Assembly: GCA_040767085.1 (NCBI GenBank)
Contig: JAXGPF010000003.1
Span: forward strand, 320,001-384,000
Reading direction: 5' to 3'
Source of the DNA: Kiritimatiellia bacterium
Lineage (GTDB): Bacteria; Verrucomicrobiota; Kiritimatiellia; JAAZAB01
DNA: 64,000 nt
Under the pieces are notes generated by a model. That model ran no database searches. It was not told where the DNA came from and saw nothing but the letters and a program-made list of their open reading frames with translations. The position numbers and the translations under genes are program-made. Of this stretch, positions 56,514 to 64,000 are shown piece after piece; the first letter of the stretch is position 1; every line of letters begins with the position of its first letter.

Positions 56514-58501
56514 GGCTTTTGGTTTGCGCATTGGCCGTCATGTTTGCCGGGGCATTCCTCTGCCTGGCTGCCATCGGCCGGCCGCGCACAGCCCGGGTGC
56601 TGGGTCCGGCAATCACGGTGATCGGCTGCCTGTGCGGACTGGTTCCGGTTTTCATGGCGCTGGCGGGTATAAACATCCCGCCATTGCGCATCCCCTGGAA
56701 CATGCCCTGCGGGTCCATCTCGCTGGAATTGGATGCATTGGCCGCCATCTTCGCCCTGCCTATACTCGTATTATGCTCCCTATCAGCTATTTACGGCGCA
56801 GAATATCTGCGGTCGTTCGAAACCCGGCGGGATTTGGCGGTTACATGGTTCTTTTTTAACCTGCTGGCCGGCAGCATGCTGTTGGTGGTGGTGGCCCGCA
56901 ATGCCATGTTATTCCTGCTGGCATGGGAAACCATGTCGCTTGCCTCGTTCTTCCTGGTTGCATTTGAAAATGAGCGGGAAAACGCACGGCGCGCCGGCTG
57001 GACTTACCTGGTCGCAACCCATCTGGGCACGGCTTTGCTGCTGCTGATGTTTGCCCTGCTGGGCCGCCACGGCGGCACTTTGGATTTTAATGGATTTGCC
57101 GGCGCGGGCGCCGTTCCGGGATTGGCGACTGCGGTTTTTCTGCTGGCGCTGGCCGGATTCGGGACCAAGGCCGGCTTCATTCCCCTGCATGTCTGGCTGC
57201 CGGAAGCCCATCCCGCGGCGCCATCGCATGTTTCCGCGGTGATGAGCGGCGTGATGATCAAGACCGGCATCTACGGATTGCTGCGCACATTGACTTTTAT
57301 CGGGGCGCCGCCGCCGTGGTGGGGCTGGACCCTGGTAGGTGTGGGCGCCGTCTCCGGCATCCTGGGCGTTTTACTGGCGCTGGCGCAACACGACTTGAAA
57401 CGGCTTTTGGCCTATCACAGCGTGGAAAACATCGGCATCATCACCCTGGGAACGGGGATCGGCCTTCTGGGAGTAAGCTATGCCAGCCCAACCATGGCCT
57501 TCCTGGGATTTGCCGGCAGCCTGCTCCATGTCATCAATCACGCCCTTTTCAAGGGCCTGCTGTTTTTAAGCGCCGGGTCGGTGCTGCATGCTGCCGGCAC
57601 CCGGGAAATTGACCGGCTCGGCGGCCTGCTCAAGTCCATGCCGGTCACTGGCGGCGTTTTCCTGGTAGGTTCCGCCGCCATCTGCGGCCTGCCGCCGCTC
57701 AACGGATTTGTCAGCGAGTTCCTGATTTATCTGGGCGCATTGTGGGCGCTGGTTAAAACAGCGCAACTGCCCGTAGGGGCGGCGGGCGCAGGCGTGGTGG
57801 TGCTGGCCGCGCTGGCGCTGATTGGCGGCCTGGCGGTGGCCTGTTTTACCAAAGCTTTTGGCGTGATTTTTCTCGGCGAAGCGCGCGATCCCGCCGCCGC
57901 CCGGGCGCACGAATCGCCGGCCGCCATGCGTATCCCCATGGTGACCCTGGCCGGACTGTGCTGCCTCGTCGGCTGCTCCGCCCCGTTCCTGCCGGCGCTG
58001 TTGCAACCGGCGGTTGCCATCCTTGCCCCCGGCACGGCGGCCGCGCCGGCGGCGTCAGGCTGGCCCGGCTTAGCCCTGGCAGCCATTCCGGCCATCACCC
58101 TGGGCGCCGCGCTGCTGGCCTGGCTATGCCTGCGCATACGTAAAAGCCTGCTGGCAACCCAGCCGGCGGGCCAGGCGGTCACCTGGGATTGCGGCTATGC
58201 CGCGCCGGCGCCGCGCATGCAATACACCGCCTCGTCGTTTGCCGATCCCATTACGCGGGTTTTCAGGCCGTTTTTGCGCACCCGTTTCCATAGCCAGCCG
58301 CCGGCCGGACTTTTCCCGGATGCGGCGTCGCTGGCGAGCCATACGCCCGATTTTTTCCATGAGCGGATTTACCGTTATTTATTCATGCGGGCGGAGAGCG
58401 TGCTGGCGCGGTTCCGCCTGTTTCAACATGGCCGGTTGAATCTCTATATTTTATACATCATGCTGGCGCTGCTTGGCCTGCTGGCATGGAAGTTGGTCTG
58501 A
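56510..58501 (+). CDS. hyfB: HyfB-like (NuoL/MrpA-type) proton-translocating membrane subunit
   Basis: WETMS, KAGFIPLHVWLPEAHPAAPSHVSA, KRLLAYHSVEN, TWDCGY. Confidence 0.9.
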   Translation: MRLLVCALAVMFAGAFLCLAAIGRPRTARVLGPAITVIGCLCGLVPVFMALAGINIPPLRIPWNMPCGSISLELDALAAIFALPILVLCSLSAIYGAEYLRSFETRRDLAVTWFFFNLLAGSMLLVVVARNAMLFLLAWETMSLASFFLVAFENERENARRAGWTYLVATHLGTALLLLMFALLGRHGGTLDFNGFAGAGAVPGLATAVFLLALAGFGTKAGFIPLHVWLPEAHPAAPSHVSAVMSGVMIKTGIYGLLRTLTFIGAPPPWWGWTLVGVGAVSGILGVLLALAQHDLKRLLAYHSVENIGIITLGTGIGLLGVSYASPTMAFLGFAGSLLHVINHALFKGLLFLSAGSVLHAAGTREIDRLGGLLKSMPVTGGVFLVGSAAICGLPPLNGFVSEFLIYLGALWALVKTAQLPVGAAGAGVVVLAALALIGGLAVACFTKAFGVIFLGEARDPAAARAHESPAAMRIPMVTLAGLCCLVGCSAPFLPALLQPAVAILAPGTAAAPAASGWPGLALAAIPAITLGAALLAWLCLRIRKSLLATQPAGQAVTWDCGYAAPAPRMQYTASSFADPITRVFRPFLRTRFHSQPPAGLFPDAASLASHTPDFFHERIYRYLFMRAESVLARFRLFQHGRLNLYILYIMLALLGLLAWKLV

Positions 58502-58502
58502 T

Positions 58503-59426
58503 ATGCGCTTGATTTTTTCACATTCGATCATAATGCTGGCAGGATTGATCCTGGCCCCGCTCCTGCCGGGCGTCATCAATCGCGCCAAAGCCCTGTGCGC
58601 CGGCCGCCATGGCGCGCCGCTGCTCCAGACTTACTACGATATTTTTAAATTGCTGCGCAAAAGCGCGGTTTACAGCCGCACGACCACCTGGATTTTCCGC
58701 GCCAATCCCGCCCTCGGGCTGGCGGCGATTGTCATGATCACCGCCTTGCTCCCGATGGCGCGGCTGGCCGCCCCGCTGGCCTTTGCCGGTGATTTCATCT
58801 TGTTCGCCTACGCCCTGGGTTTGATGCGGTTCCTGACCATCATCGCCGCGCTCGATACCGGGTCCAGCTTTGAAGGCATGGGCGCCAGCCGCGAGGCGCA
58901 GTTTTCGGCGCTGGCGGAGCCGGCGCTGATCGTCAGCCTGGCGGCACTGGTTTGCGCCACCGGCCGCCTTTCCCTGTCAGACATCTTCGCCGCTCTGGGC
59001 GCATCGCCATCGGCGAGCATCCCGGCCATCGTGCTGGTGGCGGCCGCGCTGTTGATTGTCTTCCTCGCGGAAAATTCACGCATCCCGGTGGACGATCCCA
59101 ATACCCACCTGGAACTCACCATGATCCACGAGGTGATGATCCTGGATTATTCCGGGCCGGACCTGGCGATGATTTTATACGCCGCCTCGCTGAAACTGTG
59201 GGTGCTGGGGGCGTTGATCGTCAACCTGGCGCTGGCGCTGACGGATTTGCGCGGCGCGGTCCTCGCGGCCGCCTTCGCCGGGGGCATGCTGGTCCTGGCG
59301 GCGGCGGTCGGCATCATCGAATCATCCATAGCCCGCTTGAGCCTGATCAAGGTGCCCCGGCTGCTGGCCGGCGCGCTGGTGCTGGCCGTGCTGGCATTTT
59401 CCTTTATCGTGAGGTCGGCAACATGA
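58503..59426 (+). CDS. hyfC: HyfC/HycD-like (NuoH-type) membrane subunit
   Basis: GSSFEGMGASRE, ENSRIPVDDPNTHLELTMIHE. Confidence 0.9.
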   Translation: MRLIFSHSIIMLAGLILAPLLPGVINRAKALCAGRHGAPLLQTYYDIFKLLRKSAVYSRTTTWIFRANPALGLAAIVMITALLPMARLAAPLAFAGDFILFAYALGLMRFLTIIAALDTGSSFEGMGASREAQFSALAEPALIVSLAALVCATGRLSLSDIFAALGASPSASIPAIVLVAAALLIVFLAENSRIPVDDPNTHLELTMIHEVMILDYSGPDLAMILYAASLKLWVLGALIVNLALALTDLRGAVLAAAFAGGMLVLAAAVGIIESSIARLSLIKVPRLLAGALVLAVLAFSFIVRSAT

Positions 59427-60067
59427 CCGCCCTGACCGACACCATCCTCGTCCTGCTGATTCTCTCGGGTTTCGCCTTGCTGAATTCCAGCCGGCTGGGC
59501 GCCAGCATCCGCCTCGCGGCCCTGCAGGGGATCCTGGCCGGCCTGCTCCCGGCGGCGATGAGCGGGCACGGGGTATCGCCGCGCATTCTGGCTACCGGCG
59601 CGGTGGTGATCGTGATGAAAGGCCTGGTTTTCCCCCGCCTGCTGTTCCGCGCCCTGCGCGAATCCGATACCCGCCGCGAGCAGCAGCCCCTGCTGGGGTA
59701 TATGACTTCGCTGATCTTCGGCGTCCTGGGGCTCCTCTGCGCCTTCTGGTTGGATGCGCGGCTGGATTTGGCGGTCCAGCCCGCCTCCCGCCTGGTCGTG
59801 CCGACGGCGGTCGCCACGATGCTGACGGGCCTTTTCCTGATCGTCACCCGCCGCATCGCCCTCAGCCAGGTGATCGGCTTTATTACGCTCGAAAACGGAA
59901 TTTACGCTTTCGGTCTGGCGATTGTCGGCGATGCGCCCGTGCTGATCGAATTGGGCGTGCTGATGGATGTTTTTGTGGCGGTGTTCGTAATGGGGATCGC
60001 CATTTGCCATATCAACCGCGAATTCGACCACATGGATTCCGACCGGTTGACGACATTGAAGGGTTGA
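59423..60067 (+). CDS. hyfE: HyfE-like membrane subunit
   Basis: MTALTD start overlapping the previous stop (ATGA); QVIGFITLENGI, IELGVLMDV. Confidence 0.88.
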   Translation: MTALTDTILVLLILSGFALLNSSRLGASIRLAALQGILAGLLPAAMSGHGVSPRILATGAVVIVMKGLVFPRLLFRALRESDTRREQQPLLGYMTSLIFGVLGLLCAFWLDARLDLAVQPASRLVVPTAVATMLTGLFLIVTRRIALSQVIGFITLENGIYAFGLAIVGDAPVLIELGVLMDVFVAVFVMGIAICHINREFDHMDSDRLTTLKG

Positions 60068-60070
60068 AAC

Positions 60071-61552
60071 ATGCATGCGGAATGGTTGTTGCCCAGCCTG
60101 GCGCTGCTGCCGGCATTGCTGGCCGGCGTCTGCCTGCTGCTCCGCTCGCCGCGGGCGATTTTGGCGGTTTGCGCCGGCGGCACACTGGCCGCGGCGGCGC
60201 TCGCGGGCTGCGCCGCCGGGCTGGCGCTGCGCCTTGGCCCGCTGACGGCCGCCGCCGGCTGGTTTTGGCTGGACGCGCTGTCGGCCTGCCACATGCTGGT
60301 GATGGCCATGGTTTTTTCCATCGCGGCCGTTTTCGGCGGCAGTTATTTCCGCGCCGAAATTGCCGGCGGCCGGCTGACCCGCAAGCTGGCCCGGCGTTAT
60401 GGCAGCCTCTGGTTCGGATCGCTGGCGGCCATGCTGCTGGTACTGATCGCCAACAATCTGGGCATCATGTGGGTGGGCATTGAAGCCACCACGCTGTTGA
60501 CGGCCTTCCTGATCTGCTTGCACGCCACGCCGGCCGCGCTGGAGGCGATGTGGAAATACCTGCTGATGTGCTCGGTCGGCGTCGCGCTCGCCTTTACGGG
60601 CACGCTGCTGATCGCCGCGTCGGCGGCGCCGGCGGCCTTGCAGGGCGCGGACGTGATGCTCTGGACCAACTTGCGGAACGCCGCCCCGCAGCTCCATCCC
60701 GCGCTGATCAAGGCCGGGTTCATTTTCCTGGTCATCGGCTACGGCGCCAAGGCCGGGCTGGCGCCGATGCATAACTGGCTCCCGGACGCCCATAGCCAGG
60801 CGCCGGGACCGGTTTCGGCGATTTTTTCCGGGTTTCTCCTGAACGCCGCGCTCTACGGCATCCTGCGCTGCCTGCCCCTGGTGGAGGCGGCCACCGGCAA
60901 CACCGGCTGGGGACGCGGCATCCTCGTGGCGTTCGGCCTGCTCTCGGTCGCCATGGCGGCGGCGTTCATCGTCACCCAGCAGGATATCAAGCGCCTGCTG
61001 GCATATTCCAGCGTGGAACACATCGGCATCATGGCGCTGGGTTTTGGGCTGGGCGGTCTGGGCGCCATTGCCGCCCTGTTCCACATGTTCAGCCATTCGC
61101 TGGCCAAAACCCTGGCATTCTGCTGCGCCGGCCGGCTGGGCCAGATCCTCGGGACCCACGATATGCAACGCATGGGTCGGTTGCCGGCGGTCTCGCCCTG
61201 GCTGGGCGCGGGCTTGCTGACCGCGCTGCTGACCCTGATCGGCGCCGCGCCGTTCGCATTGTTTGTCAGCGAATTCCTGATCATGAAAGCCGCCATAGAC
61301 CAGGGAAACCTGGCGGCGGCCGGCATCCTGCTCGCCGGGCTGGCCGTGGTGTTCATCGCGGTGCTGCGCCGCATGATCGCCCTGGCCTGGAACCCCGCCG
61401 CCGGCGCTCCGCCGCCGCAACGCGCGCATTGGACGGAAATTCTGCCGATTGCCGCCGGCCTGGCAGCGCTGCTGGCGCTGGGCTTGTACTGGCCGGCGCC
61501 GCTGGCGCGCACCCTGGAAAGCGCGGCCGCCGTCCTGGGAGGGATGCCATGA
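60071..61552 (+). CDS. hyfF: HyfF-like proton-translocating membrane subunit
   Basis: EATTL, LEAMWKY, KAGLAPMHNWLPDAHSQAP, KRLLAYSSVEH. Confidence 0.9.
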   Translation: MHAEWLLPSLALLPALLAGVCLLLRSPRAILAVCAGGTLAAAALAGCAAGLALRLGPLTAAAGWFWLDALSACHMLVMAMVFSIAAVFGGSYFRAEIAGGRLTRKLARRYGSLWFGSLAAMLLVLIANNLGIMWVGIEATTLLTAFLICLHATPAALEAMWKYLLMCSVGVALAFTGTLLIAASAAPAALQGADVMLWTNLRNAAPQLHPALIKAGFIFLVIGYGAKAGLAPMHNWLPDAHSQAPGPVSAIFSGFLLNAALYGILRCLPLVEAATGNTGWGRGILVAFGLLSVAMAAAFIVTQQDIKRLLAYSSVEHIGIMALGFGLGGLGAIAALFHMFSHSLAKTLAFCCAGRLGQILGTHDMQRMGRLPAVSPWLGAGLLTALLTLIGAAPFALFVSEFLIMKAAIDQGNLAAAGILLAGLAVVFIAVLRRMIALAWNPAAGAPPPQRAHWTEILPIAAGLAALLALGLYWPAPLARTLESAAAVLGGMP

Positions 61553-63129
61553 ACGAGTCCGCCCTGCTGCCGGACAACACGGCCATCCCGCTGGGCGCGG
61601 TGCCGGATTTGACGCCAACGGCATTCCGGGAACATGTTTTGGACGGCGTCCGGCAGGGCGCCCGCCTCGCCGCGCTGTTCGGCTGCCCGGCCGGGGGCGC
61701 GCTCCGGCTGTTCGCCGTGCTGGCCTGGGCGGACCGCGGCCAGATTACGGCCGCTTCCGCGCGCGCGCCGCGGCGCTACCCGGCCCTCACCCCGGAATGC
61801 CCGCAGGCCCACCTCTTCGAGCGCGAACTCGCCGAATTGTGGCGGATCGAACCGGCGGGCCACCCCTGGCTCAAGCCGGTGCGCTTTCCAATCCGCGCGG
61901 CGGGCGGGGCGGCGCCATCGGATGCGCCGCCCCGTGACGCCGCTCCAGGACAGATGCCGCACCCCGTGACGCCGCTGCAAGGGGAACGCGCGCAAACTCC
62001 GCCCGCGCCGTGCGGAGTAATGGATTTCTTCCAAATCGCCGGCGCGGAAATTCACGAGGTGGCGGTGGGACCGGTGCATGCCGGCATCATCGAGCCCGGC
62101 CATTTCCGGTTTCAATGCCACGGGGAGACGGTACACCACCTGGAAATCTCGCTGGGCTACCAGCATCGCGGCGTGGAACAAGCCCTGGCCGGCGGACCAG
62201 ACCGGCGCACGCTGCATTACATGGAAACCCTGGCCGGCGACACCACGATCGGACACGCCACCGCTTATTGCCGGATCGTCGAGGCCCTGGCGCAATGCCG
62301 CGTCCCGGCCCGCGCGCAGGCCCTCCGCGGCATCGCGCTCGAGTTGGAGCGCATCGCCAACCATATCGGCGACCTCGGGGCGCTGGCCGGCGACATCGGA
62401 TTCTTGCCGACCATGTCCTTCTGCGGGCGGATTCGGGGCGATATCCTCAACCTGACGGCCCGGCTGTGCGGCAACCGTTTCGGCCGCCGCCTGATTGTGC
62501 CCGGCGGCGCGGGCTACGACCTGGACCGCGTCCAGGCCGCGGAACTGCGCGCCCGGCTGGACCAGGCCATGACCGACGCCGCCACGGCGATCAGCCTGCT
62601 CTGGGAAACGCCGTCCGTGCTCGCCCGCTTCGAGAACACCGGCGCGGTCCCGCGCGAACTGGCCGCGGAAATCGGCCTGGTGGGGGTCGCCGCGCGCGCC
62701 TGCGGACTGGACCGCGACGTCCGGCGCGACTTCCCGGACGGCATCTTCCAGATGGCGCAAATCCCCGTCGCCACCTGGCATACGGGCGATGTTTTCGCCC
62801 GCGCCTTCGTGCGCTGGCTGGAAACGCAGCGCTCCGCCGCGTTCATCCGCGATCTATTGAGCACCCTGCCCGAGGAATCCGTCCGCGTCCCCTGCGCGGG
62901 GGATTTGCCGCCGGAACATCTGGCCGTGGCCCTGACCGAGGGCTGGCGCGGCGAAATCTGCCACGCGGCCGTCACCGATACCGCCGGACGGTTCGCCGGT
63001 TACAAGGTGGTGGATCCTTCGTTCCATAACTGGTTCGGCCTGGCGCAGGCCATGCGCGGCCAGCAGATTTCCGACTTCCCGCTTTGCAACAAGAGTTTCA
63101 ACCTGTCCTATTGCGGCCACGATTTGTAA
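61549..63129 (+). CDS. HyfG/HycE-like large subunit (NuoC-D fusion) lacking NiFe-binding cysteines (EhrL)
   Basis: EVAVGPVHAGIIEPGHFRF; L1 position reads ETLAGDTTIGH; C-terminus FPLCNKSFNLSYCGHDL. Confidence 0.9.
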   Translation: MNESALLPDNTAIPLGAVPDLTPTAFREHVLDGVRQGARLAALFGCPAGGALRLFAVLAWADRGQITAASARAPRRYPALTPECPQAHLFERELAELWRIEPAGHPWLKPVRFPIRAAGGAAPSDAPPRDAAPGQMPHPVTPLQGERAQTPPAPCGVMDFFQIAGAEIHEVAVGPVHAGIIEPGHFRFQCHGETVHHLEISLGYQHRGVEQALAGGPDRRTLHYMETLAGDTTIGHATAYCRIVEALAQCRVPARAQALRGIALELERIANHIGDLGALAGDIGFLPTMSFCGRIRGDILNLTARLCGNRFGRRLIVPGGAGYDLDRVQAAELRARLDQAMTDAATAISLLWETPSVLARFENTGAVPRELAAEIGLVGVAARACGLDRDVRRDFPDGIFQMAQIPVATWHTGDVFARAFVRWLETQRSAAFIRDLLSTLPEESVRVPCAGDLPPEHLAVALTEGWRGEICHAAVTDTAGRFAGYKVVDPSFHNWFGLAQAMRGQQISDFPLCNKSFNLSYCGHDL

Positions 63130-63140
63130 GGACCTGAAAA

Positions 63141-63926
63141 ATGAGCAGCCTGCTGATCACACGCCTGCGCCAGGGATACCATACCATGCGCTACCCGGAC
63201 GGCCCGGCGCCCCAATTGCCGGAACGTTTTACCGGCCGCCCCGCCATCCGCCCCGGCGCCTGCGGCCCGGACTGCCATGCCTGCGCGGATGTCTGCCCGA
63301 CCGGCGCCATCACGCGCCCGGGGCCGATGGCGCAAATTGACCTGGGCCGCTGCATCTTCTGCGCCAGGTGCCGGGACGCCTGCCCGGCGCGGGCGATCGC
63401 ATTCACCGCCGATCATCGCCTGGCGGCGCGCCGGCGCGGGGAACTGCTGACGGACAACGGGGTCCTCCCGGAATGGGCTGACGGCGGCCGGGATGCCGTC
63501 AAAAAGCTGTTCGGCCGCTCGCTGAAGTTGCGCCAGGTGAGCGCCGGGGGCTGCAATGCCTGCGAAGCCGACACCAACGTGCTCAACACCCTGGCCTGGG
63601 ATTTGGGACGGTTTGGCATCCAATTCGTCGCCGCGCCCCGGCATGCCGACGGCCTGCTGATCACCGGGCCCGCCACCAAAAACATGGAACTGGCGCTGCG
63701 CAAAACATATGACGCCGTGCCGGCGCCCAAGATCGTCATCGCCGTCGGCGCCTGCGCCATTGCCGGCGGACCCTACGCCGGACATGCGGAAGTCTGCAAT
63801 GGCGCGGACGGCCTGCTGCCGGTGGACCTCTACATCCCCGGCTGTCCGCCCCACCCCCTCACCATCCTGGACGGCTTGCTCCGGCTGCTGGGACGGTTGC
63901 CGGCAGCGCGCCAGCCGGCATCGTAG
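63141..63926 (+). CDS. 2x[4Fe-4S] ferredoxin + NuoB/HyfI-type small subunit fusion (EhrS)
   Basis: CHACADVCP, CIFCARCRDACP; GGCNACE, GACA, IPGCPP. Confidence 0.92.
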   Translation: MSSLLITRLRQGYHTMRYPDGPAPQLPERFTGRPAIRPGACGPDCHACADVCPTGAITRPGPMAQIDLGRCIFCARCRDACPARAIAFTADHRLAARRRGELLTDNGVLPEWADGGRDAVKKLFGRSLKLRQVSAGGCNACEADTNVLNTLAWDLGRFGIQFVAAPRHADGLLITGPATKNMELALRKTYDAVPAPKIVIAVGACAIAGGPYAGHAEVCNGADGLLPVDLYIPGCPPHPLTILDGLLRLLGRLPAARQPAS

Positions 63927-64000
63927 CTGCCGATAATGCCGGTCAGAAAGACTTGCGATGACCTGCGTCCGTTAATCGACGCGCTCATAGTCTTAAACCA

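Noticed and set aside
61549-63129. True group 4 [NiFe]-hydrogenase large subunit
   Set aside because: Both Ni-binding CxxC motifs are absent.

Overview
GC-rich bacterial window. The gene families suggest an anaerobic, glycan-degrading PVC organism such as Kiritimatiellia/Lentisphaerae; this is an inference from gene content only. About 55 kb is a patchwork of carbohydrate-utilisation genes. It includes CBM9-like/TIM-barrel putative glycosidases, a sialidase-like, GH141-like and GH20-like protein, three paralogous secreted beta-helix proteins (one broken by a deletion/frameshift), three URO-D/MtaA-like proteins, sugar kinases and isomerases, and AraC/RpiR/GntR regulators. It also contains a GntR-DegT-Zn dehydrogenase-aldolase operon with two small unknown V4R-like genes, an HU-zinc-ribbon fusion, and an ATP-cone/uridine-kinase fusion. 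At 55.0-56.3 kb a RAYT-like HUH (Y1) transposase sits between ~35-bp imperfect inverted repeats. Its left end is preceded by a ladder of progressively longer truncated end copies, and its right end abuts a 5'-truncated PTS EIIA gene. A complete hyf-like Ehr (hydrogenase-related, no NiFe ligands) operon follows. Intergenic regions carry several REP-like repeat families and two long fold-back elements at 4.19-4.60 kb. No rRNA, tRNA or CRISPR array was recognised. All product calls come from motif recognition by eye; no searches were run.
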